From an uncultured Saccharicrinis sp. (lineage in GTDB: Bacteria; Bacteroidota; Bacteroidia; Bacteroidales; Marinilabiliaceae): 64,000 nucleotides of DNA. The notes beneath the pieces are model-generated. The model had not been told where the DNA came from. It did no database searches and saw only the letters and a program-made list of their open reading frames with translations. Shown here piece after piece: positions 28,340-38,591 of this stretch. Both the position numbers and the translations under genes were made by a program. The stretch spans positions 28,490 through 92,489 of the forward strand of contig CAXXQP010000001.1 of the NCBI GenBank assembly GCA_963663905.2, in the 5' to 3' direction. Every line of letters begins with the position of its first letter. Positions within the stretch are counted from its first letter, which is position 1.

Positions 28340-30182
28340 ATATATAATCTTTTCGCTACTCATTTGCTTTGTTATAAACACATATGCTCAGGAGTTTAAA
28401 TATGCAAATCCAAAGGATATGGCTTTATTTCCGAAAAGGAATGAAACCAGGGATACCAGAAAATTATCTGGTATATGGAAGTTTAAGAAAGACGAAAATA
28501 ATATTGGAATTGCAGAAAAATGGTTTAACGGGTTGACCGGTTTTAAAAACATTGCAGTACCGGGTAGTTGGAATGATCAGTTTACCGATATGCGCGATTA
28601 CAGGGATTGGGTATGGTACGAAACAGAGTATAATGTGCCGGGATACTGGAAAGGCGATCGTGTTTATTTACGTATAGGAGAAGCTTCTTATGCTGCAAAA
28701 GTCTGGGTAAACGGGCAAGCGGTAGGAATGCATGAAGGAGGTTTTGTTCCTTTTGCTTTTGATGTTACTTCTTATATCAACTGGAATGGCAGTAACCGAA
28801 TTTCCATTCAGGTAGAAAACTCAATTAAACCCAACCGTTTGCCAGGAGATGGGATTAACAATATAGCTGTTAGCGAATATGATATCTTTCCATATGCCGG
28901 TTTAAACAGGGATGTATGGTTGTATTCTGTTCCTTCTGAAAATTCGATAAAAGACATTACTGTACGCCCTGAAATAAATAAGGATGGTGGTGTTTTAAAT
29001 GTTTTGGTTGAGTTGAGTAAGAAGGATGCTATTGACGGTCAGGTTATCATTTCCGGGGATGGAAATCAAATTGCAAAAAAGATAAAGTTTAATGATGGAT
29101 TTGCACAAATTTCTATAAATATTCCCGATGCCAGATTATGGTCTCCTGAGGATCCTTTTCTATATGATGTAACGGTTAGTATTGGAGGAAACAAAAAGCC
29201 AATTGATGTCTATTCCCTGGAAACAGGTATCAGAACAATAACAACAGACAATAAAAATATCCTGCTAAATGGAAAGCCTGTAATTTTGAGGGGTTTTGGT
29301 AAACAACAGGATTTCCTGATATATGGCAGGGGCAGTGTTCAGCCTTCTATGGTTAACGATATTGAACTGTTAAAATGGACGGGAGCAAATACATTCAGGA
29401 CTTCAGATTACCCGCATGATGAAATGAACTATGCTATTGCGGATAAGGAAGGGATTCTGATAATCGATGAAACTCCTGCAATCGGGTTGTTCAGTTCCAT
29501 TGATACTATTGCATTAAAGCAAATTGAAAACATTTCGTATCAATATCTTACAGAAATGATTATCAGGGATAAAAACCATCCTTCAGTTATTATGTGGAGT
29601 TTGGCCAATGGACCAAAAAATACCATATTAAGTAGTGCTGAGGGTGAGGGAAAGGAAATTGCATACAGCATGTTTGCAAAATATATCAGCAAAGCAAAAG
29701 AAATAGATCCTACCCGTTTGGTGATGTTCATGGGTGATGAAGATGGTTTTACAGATTGGTTTGGTTTATCAGATGTTATCTGTATCAATAGGTTTGAGGG
29801 ATGGAGCAAAAGCAATGGACAAATTGCAGAAGGAGTTAAAAATGTTTGCAAAGAACTGGATAAATTGCATAAAACATTTAATAAACCATGTTTGATGACC
29901 CAGTTTGGCGCAAGTTCTGTTGCTGGTGAACATGCCCTGCAGCCTGAGATGTACTCTGAAGAGTATCAAAACGAGCTGATAAATGCATATTTGGATATGG
30001 CCAATTCCAAAGACTATATTTCGGGTATGATCATTTCCAATTTTGCCGATTATAAAACACCTCAGAGTATTATACGATTAAGAGGATATAATACAAAAGG
30101 CATTTTTACAAGGGATAGAAGACCCAAAGCTGCTGCGCATATGATCAGGGAAAGGTGGACAAAATCAAAATCAGAGTATTAG
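28329..30182 (+). CDS. Full-length beta-glucuronidase paralogue lacking the catalytic glutamates (pseudoenzyme)
   Basis: Collinear with the upstream GUS, but WSLANGP (GGA at 29610), MTQFG (CAG at 29901), RTSDYP, GFGKQ and ISNFADY. Signal peptide and ORF intact. Confidence 0.85.
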   Translation: MKTKYIIFSLLICFVINTYAQEFKYANPKDMALFPKRNETRDTRKLSGIWKFKKDENNIGIAEKWFNGLTGFKNIAVPGSWNDQFTDMRDYRDWVWYETEYNVPGYWKGDRVYLRIGEASYAAKVWVNGQAVGMHEGGFVPFAFDVTSYINWNGSNRISIQVENSIKPNRLPGDGINNIAVSEYDIFPYAGLNRDVWLYSVPSENSIKDITVRPEINKDGGVLNVLVELSKKDAIDGQVIISGDGNQIAKKIKFNDGFAQISINIPDARLWSPEDPFLYDVTVSIGGNKKPIDVYSLETGIRTITTDNKNILLNGKPVILRGFGKQQDFLIYGRGSVQPSMVNDIELLKWTGANTFRTSDYPHDEMNYAIADKEGILIIDETPAIGLFSSIDTIALKQIENISYQYLTEMIIRDKNHPSVIMWSLANGPKNTILSSAEGEGKEIAYSMFAKYISKAKEIDPTRLVMFMGDEDGFTDWFGLSDVICINRFEGWSKSNGQIAEGVKNVCKELDKLHKTFNKPCLMTQFGASSVAGEHALQPEMYSEEYQNELINAYLDMANSKDYISGMIISNFADYKTPQSIIRLRGYNTKGIFTRDRRPKAAAHMIRERWTKSKSEY

Positions 30183-30235
30183 GCAGAATTTAAAATTTTA
30201 TTTCGAACTTAAGGTATTAGACAATTAATTATCAT

Positions 30236-30300
30236 ATAAATGAAACGAGCGATGATCAAAAGTTCTCACACACAAGAATCGAAGATCGACGAAGTCAATA
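30236..30300 (+). repeat. ~70-bp interspersed intra-operon element, divergent copy C
   Basis: ATAAATGAAACGAGCGATGA...TTCTCACA...GACGAAGTCAAT shares its 5' motif with copies at 17462-17535 and 60450-60522. Confidence 0.5.
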
Positions 30301-30362
30301 ATTGTTTTTTAGGGGAGTACTATGTGGTAATTGAAAAAAATAAATACATGAAATACAATATT

Positions 30363-32615
30363 ATGAAAACATTTGCAGCGCTTGTAATAGCTATAGTGAT
30401 GGCAAGCTGTGTTAAAACACAGCAGGATGATGTGAAAAAGGATATTTTCATTTCTGGTTTGATGCAGAAGATGACCATTGAGGAGAAAATTGCTCAGTTA
30501 AATTTAATTACGCCGACTGCAGGAACTGGTCCTTTTAAAACCAAAAGAGCCATTGTGAAATTACAGGAAGGCGAAGCAGGTAATGTATTGTCCTTAAGAG
30601 GAAATCCCAAAAGGATTCACGATAAACTGGCTTTTGCAGATAGTACCCGATTACGCATTCCTATATTAAATGCTTTGGATATTATTCACGGCTACAAAAC
30701 AATTTTTCCTATTCCTCTGGGTTTATCTTGTTCATGGGATACGCTGCTTATAGAAAAAACAGCAAGAATTGCCGCCATAGAAGCTACTTCAATGGGGTAT
30801 CACCAAACGTATTCGCCTATGGTTGATATTACCAGAGACCCAAGATGGGGACGCGTTATGGAAGGATCTGGTGAGGATGTTTACCTTGGTAGTTTAATTG
30901 CCAGGGCAATGGTTAAAGGATACCAGGGTGATGATTTAAGTGATCCTACTTCATTGATGGCATGTATTAAGCACTTTGCTGCTTATGGAGCCGCTGAGGC
31001 CGGAAGAGATTACAATACTACAGATATGAGCAGGCTTACTTTATATCAAAATTATTTACCTCCTTATAAAGCTGCAGTTGATGCAGGAGCTGGTAGTATC
31101 ATGACTTCTTTTAATGATATTGAAGGTATCCCTGCTACTGCAAATAAATGGTTACTTACTGATTTGTTAAGAAACGATTGGGGATTTAAAGGTATTGTTC
31201 TTAGTGATTACAATTGCGTTGCTGAATTGATACCACATGGTGTGGCTGCAGATTATAAAGAAGCTGTAAACAAAGCCATTGACGCGGGCTTGGATATGGA
31301 TATGGCCAGTGAAGGATATGCTACTTTTTTAAAAGAACTTCTTGATGAGGGTAAAATCAGCATGGAACAACTGGATAAAGCATGTCGCAGAGTGTTGGAA
31401 GGAAAGTATGACTTAGGATTATTTTCAGATCCGTATAGAAATTATGATCCGGAAAGATATAAAAAGGTCATTTTAACAGATGAAAATAAAGAGGTTGCCA
31501 AATTAGCCGTATGTAAATCAATTGTTTTATTGAAGAATGAAAACCAGACCCTACCATTAAAAAAAGACAGTAAAATTGCTCTGATTGGGCCATTGGTTCA
31601 GGATCAATATGAAATGATGAGTATGTGGTCTCCTGATGGACAAAATGATAGTGTGATCAGTATTCTTGACGGTATAAAAAATGTAAATCCAAATGTTGAA
31701 TGTAGCATTGGAACTCAGCTAACAGATGATCCCGGTTATTTAAAAAACTTTGGCAAATTTGATAAAGAAGATCAGAACGACCTGGTGAATGAAGCTGTAA
31801 AAATTGCTCAGAAATCAGATGTAATTGTTGCAGTATTGGGAGAATCAAGAAGTATTTCAGGAGAGGCCAAATCAATGAGTGATATTTCACTTCCAAACTG
31901 TCAGGTGCAATTATTAAAGAAACTTAAAGCCACAGGAAAGCCGGTTGTATTGGTATTATTAAATGGGCGTCCGCTTACATTAGAAGATAATCTTGATTAT
32001 GCAGATGCTGCATTGGTAGCATGGCGTCCGGGTACAATGGCCGGAGCAGGTTTAGCTGATGTTTTGTTCGGAAACTATAATCCTTCAGGTAAGCTTACAA
32101 TGACTTTCCCAAGATCCATAGGACAAGTTCCTATTTATTATAATCATAAAAATACAGGGCGTCCATTTAAAGATGGACAAAGAGGTGCATTTAAGTCGCG
32201 CTATTTAGATGAAACCAATTCTCCTCTTTTCCCATTTGGTTATGGACTAAGTTATACCACATTTAAATATGGAGATATTGATCTAAGCGATACCTTATTG
32301 ATTGGAGCAAATAATAAATTAAATGTTAGTATTAAAATAACCAATTCGGGAAGTTATGCCGGAGAGGAAACAGTTCAACTGTATGTTAACGATCCGGTTG
32401 CATCAATTGCGCGACCTGTAAAAGAATTGAAGAAATTCAGGAAAGTATTTTTAAAACCAGGAGAATCAAAAGAAATTACCTTTTCAATGACCACGGAAGA
32501 TCTTAAGTTTTTTAATAACGATCTTCTGTGGGATTGGGAATCAGGAAAGTTTAAGGTATATGTGGGAACAAACTCAGAAGATGTAAAAGAATCAGAGTTT
32601 TTTTGGAATAAATAA
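30363..32615 (+). CDS. GH3 beta-glucosidase (BglX-like), lipoprotein
   Basis: RDPRWGR, KHFAAYG, nucleophile SDY and C-terminal FN3-like. Start moved from 30240 to 30363 (MKTFAALVIAIVMASC lipobox). Confidence 0.92.
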   Translation: MKTFAALVIAIVMASCVKTQQDDVKKDIFISGLMQKMTIEEKIAQLNLITPTAGTGPFKTKRAIVKLQEGEAGNVLSLRGNPKRIHDKLAFADSTRLRIPILNALDIIHGYKTIFPIPLGLSCSWDTLLIEKTARIAAIEATSMGYHQTYSPMVDITRDPRWGRVMEGSGEDVYLGSLIARAMVKGYQGDDLSDPTSLMACIKHFAAYGAAEAGRDYNTTDMSRLTLYQNYLPPYKAAVDAGAGSIMTSFNDIEGIPATANKWLLTDLLRNDWGFKGIVLSDYNCVAELIPHGVAADYKEAVNKAIDAGLDMDMASEGYATFLKELLDEGKISMEQLDKACRRVLEGKYDLGLFSDPYRNYDPERYKKVILTDENKEVAKLAVCKSIVLLKNENQTLPLKKDSKIALIGPLVQDQYEMMSMWSPDGQNDSVISILDGIKNVNPNVECSIGTQLTDDPGYLKNFGKFDKEDQNDLVNEAVKIAQKSDVIVAVLGESRSISGEAKSMSDISLPNCQVQLLKKLKATGKPVVLVLLNGRPLTLEDNLDYADAALVAWRPGTMAGAGLADVLFGNYNPSGKLTMTFPRSIGQVPIYYNHKNTGRPFKDGQRGAFKSRYLDETNSPLFPFGYGLSYTTFKYGDIDLSDTLLIGANNKLNVSIKITNSGSYAGEETVQLYVNDPVASIARPVKELKKFRKVFLKPGESKEITFSMTTEDLKFFNNDLLWDWESGKFKVYVGTNSEDVKESEFFWNK

Positions 32616-32624
32616 GATAATAGT

Positions 32625-32648
32625 GTACGGTGGATATTATCACCGTAC
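32625..32648 (+). terminator. Hairpin GTACGGTG-gatattat-CACCGTAC with T-rich tail
   Basis: Seen directly between the GH3 and GH78 genes. Confidence 0.55.
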
Positions 32649-32678
32649 GCTGTTTTTAGAATAACAAAATTATAAACC

Positions 32679-35600
32679 ATGTTGATTAGAAATAGTAACG
32701 CTAGATTATATGTATTGTTTTTGTTTGTTTTAGGTCATGTATGTGCCTTTGCAAATGAAAAAGGAAGTACCCCCGTTGGTTTAAAGTGCGAATACATGGT
32801 AAACCCAATTAGTATGGGTAAAATGCATCCACAGTTATCATGGCAAATTAGCACAGAAACAAGTAACTGGTTACAATCTGCATATCAGATTATTGTTTCT
32901 TCAAGTTCAAATTTATTGAATGAACAAAACTGTGATATTTGGGATAGTAAAAAAGTTGAATCCGGAGAATCGGTTAGTGTACTATATAATGGACCTTCCT
33001 TAGAAAGTAGAAAACGTTACTATTGGAAAGTTCGGGTGTGGGATAATGCAGGAATGGTTTCGGAATGGTCAGATGTAGCTTACTGGGAGACTGCTAACTT
33101 AAACCAAAATGAATGGACTGCAAAATGGATTTCACCAGCTCACTCCAATCAGGAAGATTTGGATAACATAAAATGGATTTGGTTGCCAAATCAGGATGCA
33201 AAAAAAGTCCCAAGAAATACGGTGGCTTCTTTCAAACTAAAATTCAATATTAAAGATCTACCCAAGGTCGCTTCTATGCAAACTGTAGCTAGAGGTGATT
33301 ATGAGTTATTTGTAAATGGTCATTTTGTTGATAGAAAAGAAACTGAATGGCAGTGTTTTGAACGTCAGGATATTATTGGGTATCTGAAACCGGGAGAGAA
33401 TACGGTTGAGGTTGTGGTGGCTGTTCAAAGGACTGCATCTTTTAAGCAAAGTGATGGAAAGCCTTTATCGGGAAGGTATGGTACTTTTGCCGGATTGTTA
33501 ACCATAGAAGGACAGGAAGGTAAGATTCAGAAATATCCAACCTCCTGTGGAAAATGGATGGCTAAATCTCAAAATGAGAATGAATGGAACACGGTTAAAG
33601 TGGTTGGTGAATTAAATGAACCTGCTTTTGGTTTAGATCCGGGGCCATTATCAGAGCCTGTTTCTTTGTTGCGTAATCAATTTAAGTTAAAAAAAGCAAT
33701 TAAATCGGCTCGTTTATATATTACTTCCTTAGGTAGTTATCGTGTTTATTTTAATGGGAACAGGGTTGGTGAAGATGTTTTAACCCCTGAGTTTACTAAT
33801 TACAATAAACGAATTACTTATCAAACCTATGATGTAACCACTTTACTTAAAAAAGGTAAGAATGTGGTTGGTGCTATGCTGGGTGATGGCTGGTACGGAA
33901 GTCCGCTTGGATGGAATGGCGAACACGATGTATTTGAGAACGGTCCAAATCAGTTATTAGCTGAAATATGTATTCAATATAAAGATGGATCTGTTGAAAA
34001 AATAGTTACTGATGATAAATGGAAATCCAGTCGCTCACAAATTCTAAAATCAGAAATATACTCCGGGGAGTTTTATGATGCGCGGTTAGAACAAGAAGGC
34101 TGGAATACAGTAAAATTTGATGATGCCAATTGGGATAGTGTTAAACTAACCCGGGCAGGATATGGTCGCTTATTCCCGCAGGTAACAGAGCCTGTTAAAA
34201 TAACCCAATGTGTTAACCCCATAGAAATACGAAAAATAGGGGAGCAAAAATGGCTCTTAGATATGGGGCAGAACCTTGTGGGATGGTTAAAAATTAAGGT
34301 AAGCGGAAATGCCGGACAGGTAGTTAAAATGCGTTATGCAGAGATTTTAAAATCTGCCGACAGTATTTATGTTGATAATTTAAGGGGCGCCACAGCAACT
34401 AATAGCTATGTATTAAAGGGTAACGGACAAGAAGAGTATGCTCCTTATTTTACATTCCATGGTTTTCGATACGTTGAGATTTCCGGATACCCTGGGGATC
34501 TGACTCAAAATGATGTTGTTGCAGAAGTGATCAGCTCAGTAGATACACCTACAGGTGTAATTGAAACATCAAGCGACCTCGTTAATAAAATGTACTCTCT
34601 GGGAATATGGGGACAAAAAAGTAATTTTATTAGTGTTCCAACAGATTGCCCTCAGAGAGATGAGCGTCTTGGTTATACAGGTGATGGACAGGTTTTTTGG
34701 CGAACAGGAACTTATAATTTCAATATAGCTGCTTTTACACACAAGTGGTTATACGATATAGTAGACGAACAAACAGAAGAAGGCGGATTCACAAATACGG
34801 CTCCGGCTGTACCTAAAAGTAACCGAAAAAGTGGAGCAGCCGGTTGGGAGGATGCCGGCGTTATTGTACCATGGTCATCTTGGAAACAATATGGCGATAA
34901 AGGGATAATCATCGAAAACTGGCAGGCTATGGTTCGCTATTTGAAATATGTGGAGAGCAATAGTAAAGATTATATTCGTCCGGGTAGTTTCTTAGGTGAT
35001 TGGTTGGCACCGGATATGACTACTCCCAACAATTTAATCAGTACATGTTATTTTGCAATGACGACTCAAATGATGTCGGAGATGGCCAGTGCTATTGGAA
35101 AAGAAGAAGAAGCTCAGCAATATGACAGGTTGTACAGCAATATCAGGAAAGCCTTTCAGGAAAAATTTATTACTCAAGAGGGAGTTGTAGGTTCCGGAAG
35201 CCAGACTTCTTACGTATTGGCATTAAAGGCTCAAATGATTCCTGATACATTAAAGGAAAAAGTAGTTAATAACTTAGTAAGTGCCATAAAAGAAAGAGAT
35301 TGGCATGTATCAACAGGTTTTTTAGGGACTCCGTATCTGCTTTTTGTTTTATCAGAGAATGGCAGGTCTGATATTGCGTATAAACTGTTGCTTAACGAAA
35401 CTTTCCCTTCGTGGGGATATATGATAAAAAATGGAGCCACAACATGGTGGGAACATTGGGACAGTGATACTGGTGATCCCAAAATGAATTCATTTAACCA
35501 CTATGCATTTGGGTCGGTTGTAGAATGGATTTATCGCGAAATGTTAGGTATTAATGTGGATACCAATTCATCAGGATTTAAAGAGATTTTTATTTCACCG

Positions 35601-35849
35601 GAATTCGATTTGTCAGGAAATATATCGCATGCGAAAGGAAGTTATAATTCTGTTTATGGAGAAATAGTTTCAGAATGGCAAATGAATTCTGATAATACAG
35701 TGACATTAAAAGTAAATATCCCTGCTAATACAACGGCAACAATAATAAAGCCCCAGATGGCTAAAAACTTTGTAAAGGATAATAAGGTGGTAGATGCTGA
35801 GAAAATTGAAGTTGGTTCGGGTATGCATGAATTTGTTATAAGTCTTTAA
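32679..35849 (+). CDS. GH78 alpha-L-rhamnosidase
   Basis: DMGQNLVGW, FHGFRYVE, PTDCPQRDERLGYTGD, GATTWWEHW and SFNHYAFG. Confidence 0.95.
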   Translation: MLIRNSNARLYVLFLFVLGHVCAFANEKGSTPVGLKCEYMVNPISMGKMHPQLSWQISTETSNWLQSAYQIIVSSSSNLLNEQNCDIWDSKKVESGESVSVLYNGPSLESRKRYYWKVRVWDNAGMVSEWSDVAYWETANLNQNEWTAKWISPAHSNQEDLDNIKWIWLPNQDAKKVPRNTVASFKLKFNIKDLPKVASMQTVARGDYELFVNGHFVDRKETEWQCFERQDIIGYLKPGENTVEVVVAVQRTASFKQSDGKPLSGRYGTFAGLLTIEGQEGKIQKYPTSCGKWMAKSQNENEWNTVKVVGELNEPAFGLDPGPLSEPVSLLRNQFKLKKAIKSARLYITSLGSYRVYFNGNRVGEDVLTPEFTNYNKRITYQTYDVTTLLKKGKNVVGAMLGDGWYGSPLGWNGEHDVFENGPNQLLAEICIQYKDGSVEKIVTDDKWKSSRSQILKSEIYSGEFYDARLEQEGWNTVKFDDANWDSVKLTRAGYGRLFPQVTEPVKITQCVNPIEIRKIGEQKWLLDMGQNLVGWLKIKVSGNAGQVVKMRYAEILKSADSIYVDNLRGATATNSYVLKGNGQEEYAPYFTFHGFRYVEISGYPGDLTQNDVVAEVISSVDTPTGVIETSSDLVNKMYSLGIWGQKSNFISVPTDCPQRDERLGYTGDGQVFWRTGTYNFNIAAFTHKWLYDIVDEQTEEGGFTNTAPAVPKSNRKSGAAGWEDAGVIVPWSSWKQYGDKGIIIENWQAMVRYLKYVESNSKDYIRPGSFLGDWLAPDMTTPNNLISTCYFAMTTQMMSEMASAIGKEEEAQQYDRLYSNIRKAFQEKFITQEGVVGSGSQTSYVLALKAQMIPDTLKEKVVNNLVSAIKERDWHVSTGFLGTPYLLFVLSENGRSDIAYKLLLNETFPSWGYMIKNGATTWWEHWDSDTGDPKMNSFNHYAFGSVVEWIYREMLGINVDTNSSGFKEIFISPEFDLSGNISHAKGSYNSVYGEIVSEWQMNSDNTVTLKVNIPANTTATIIKPQMAKNFVKDNKVVDAEKIEVGSGMHEFVISL

Positions 35850-35856
35850 TATTTAT

Positions 35857-38580
35857 ATGATGATAAATAAAATAACCAATAATTTCAACAAGATATTTTT
35901 TGTCTTTATACACTTTACATTTTTATGTCAGGTAGCTTATGGAGAATCAAATGATAAACACAGTGGTTCAGATGCAGATATTCCTGCTACCAGGCATGGG
36001 GAGCGAACAGTTATTACCATAAATAATGGCTGGGAATTTAAACTTGATAATGAGAAATCATTTACAAAAGTCAACCTGCCTCATACCTGGAATGCAGAGG
36101 ATGCAGTTGATGATAAAAAAAATATATACAGAGGGGAAGGGACATATAAAAAAAATCTGAAATTAAACTTAACCCAAGGGCAGAAGGCATTTTTGTATTT
36201 CGAAGGTGCCAACCAGGTTGCCCGTTTATCGGTTAATGGCCAATTTATAGGCGAACATAAAGGAGGCTACACCTCTTTTGCCTTTGATATAAGTAACGCT
36301 GTTGGTGCAGGAGATAATCAGATTGAAATAGCAGTCTCCAATCAATACGATGTAAACATCCCTCCGTTATCCATGGATTATATTTTTTATGGGGGTATTT
36401 ATCGCGATGTATATTTAGTGGTAACCAATCCTGTTCATTTCGATTTGATGAATTTTGGCTCAGAAGGAATATTGATATCAACCCCTAAAGTATCAAAGAA
36501 AGTTGGAGAAGTTATTGTTCAAGCCCGGCTGAAAAATGAAATGAATAAAGTACAAAAAATCAAGCTAATCCATCGTTTGATTGCTCCCAATGGAAAGGAA
36601 ATTAAACGTTTGGAGAAAGAAGTGGCACTATCGGCTAATGCTGGCATTTCTCAAGTTGATATGGCAGCGAAAATTGCTTCTCCTGAACTGTGGTCGCCGG
36701 ATTCACCCTCACTTTATACTGTTGTTTCAGAATTGATAAATCCAGGAACAGGTGAAGTTGTTGATCAGGTTGTGAATCCTCTTGGGTTTCGATGGTTTAG
36801 TATGGATCCAAAGAAAGGCTTCTTTTTAAATGGAGAGCATCTTAAGCTTACAGGCGTTTGCAAGCACCAGGATTTTGAAGGTATTGGCAGTGCAGTAAGT
36901 AATGATTTGTTTATTCGCGATTTGCAGATGATAAAGGAGATGGGAGCTAACTGCTACCGAAGTTCTCATTATCCACAAGACCCAAGTGTTTTTGATGCTT
37001 GTGACCGTTTAGGACTATTGGTTATTGATGAGATACCTTTGGTAAATTCAATTACAGAAAGTAGTGATTTCGCCCATAATAGTAATCAAATGATGACGGA
37101 AATGATTATGCGAGACTATAATCATCCATCCATATTTTCATGGGGTTTGAGCAATGAAATAGGAATGACGGGGGGAGGCCCTATTGGCTCTGAAAGTGGG
37201 AAGGCCTACGATAAGTTTTTAAATCAAATTATTACATCATTGGATAGTACGTCAAAAGTATTGGATCCTAATCGCTTAACAATGCAGTCAGTGCACTATA
37301 AAACGGCACGATATGAATCGTCTGATGTAATAAAAATTGGGGATTTTATTGGTTCTAATTTATATATGGGTTGGTATGTAGGTGAGCCAGATTCATTGGT
37401 TGAAGTAGCAAAAGGTATTCAAAGCCTTTCAGGCGATAAGCCTATCGTAATTTCAGAATATGGGGCAGGAGCGGATCCTCGTTTAAGAAGCGACAATCCT
37501 CGTAGATATGATTTTACCGTCGATTATCAAACCCTGGTTCATAAAAAGTGGTTGAATAGCTTTTTGAACAATGATTTTGTATCTGCGTCATTTGTGTGGA
37601 ATTTTGCGGACTTTTGTTCTCCATTTCGTGGAGATGCAATGCCTTTTTATAATAGTAAAGGGCTTGTTGCTGCCGACAGGACGCCTAAAGATGTGTTTTA
37701 TTTTTATAAAGCAGCCTTGGCTAATAAGCCAACCATAAATATTGGCATGAAAAGTTGGAAATACCACAGTGGTGTTGAAACTGCACCTAGATTATGCTCT
37801 AAAAAAATTGAAGTTTTTGCAAATACACAAAATGCAGAATTATATATAAATGGAAAGTCATTAGGCAAAAAAGCAGTTAACGATTTTAGTGCTGAATGGG
37901 AAGTGCCCTTTATAAATGGGCAAAATTTAATTGAAGTTGCAGGCATAGATGAAAGCGGATCCACAGTAAAGGATTATCACTCCTTAGAGTTTAATTTGAT
38001 ACCGTCAAACCTAAAGGAAATGAAGCCTGGTGACGTAATCAGGGTAAATGCCGGTAGTTCTGCTTATTTTCTGGATGAAGATGAAAAGTCGGTATGGATA
38101 CCGGATACAGAGTACTCCAAGGGAGGTTTTGGCTTTGTTGGAGGTATGTTTTTAGTTACAAATAATAACCGGGTTGACTATAGGGAAGGGGTAGATCAGA
38201 ATATCAATAAATCAGTTAAGGATCCTCTGTTACAAACGCAGCGAATAGCAACAAGCCATTTTAAAGCTGATGTTCCCGAAGGGCAGTACGAAGTAACTTT
38301 TTGTTTGGCTGATTTAGCTGTAAGAGCCGGTAGGTTGGTTTATGAATTAGGCAGTGAAAATGATATTACCCAATCCAATATCTCTGGAAAGTATAAATTT
38401 GATATCATAATTAATGGACAGAAAGTGGCTGAAAAATTAAATCCGAGGAAACTAGCAGGTAAACTTACTGCTTATGAGTTTTCAGCCATAGTATATTCTA
38501 AAGGTGGATTGGATATTGAGTTTAAATCAAATGAAGAAACTACTTGTGTTAATGCAATAAAATTGCGGAAACTTAAATAA
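35857..38580 (+). CDS. GH2 beta-galactosidase/glycosidase with C-terminal malectin-like domain
   Basis: LPHTWN, RSSHYPQ, intact SNEI and SEYGAG; malectin-like C-terminus. Confidence 0.9.
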   Translation: MMINKITNNFNKIFFVFIHFTFLCQVAYGESNDKHSGSDADIPATRHGERTVITINNGWEFKLDNEKSFTKVNLPHTWNAEDAVDDKKNIYRGEGTYKKNLKLNLTQGQKAFLYFEGANQVARLSVNGQFIGEHKGGYTSFAFDISNAVGAGDNQIEIAVSNQYDVNIPPLSMDYIFYGGIYRDVYLVVTNPVHFDLMNFGSEGILISTPKVSKKVGEVIVQARLKNEMNKVQKIKLIHRLIAPNGKEIKRLEKEVALSANAGISQVDMAAKIASPELWSPDSPSLYTVVSELINPGTGEVVDQVVNPLGFRWFSMDPKKGFFLNGEHLKLTGVCKHQDFEGIGSAVSNDLFIRDLQMIKEMGANCYRSSHYPQDPSVFDACDRLGLLVIDEIPLVNSITESSDFAHNSNQMMTEMIMRDYNHPSIFSWGLSNEIGMTGGGPIGSESGKAYDKFLNQIITSLDSTSKVLDPNRLTMQSVHYKTARYESSDVIKIGDFIGSNLYMGWYVGEPDSLVEVAKGIQSLSGDKPIVISEYGAGADPRLRSDNPRRYDFTVDYQTLVHKKWLNSFLNNDFVSASFVWNFADFCSPFRGDAMPFYNSKGLVAADRTPKDVFYFYKAALANKPTINIGMKSWKYHSGVETAPRLCSKKIEVFANTQNAELYINGKSLGKKAVNDFSAEWEVPFINGQNLIEVAGIDESGSTVKDYHSLEFNLIPSNLKEMKPGDVIRVNAGSSAYFLDEDEKSVWIPDTEYSKGGFGFVGGMFLVTNNNRVDYREGVDQNINKSVKDPLLQTQRIATSHFKADVPEGQYEVTFCLADLAVRAGRLVYELGSENDITQSNISGKYKFDIIINGQKVAEKLNPRKLAGKLTAYEFSAIVYSKGGLDIEFKSNEETTCVNAIKLRKLK

Positions 38581-38591
38581 AGTTGGGGGAC

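Noticed and set aside
30240-30362. N-terminal extension of the GH3 as given in the ORF track
   Set aside because: It derives from the ATG inside the repeat element; the lipoprotein signal starts at 30363.
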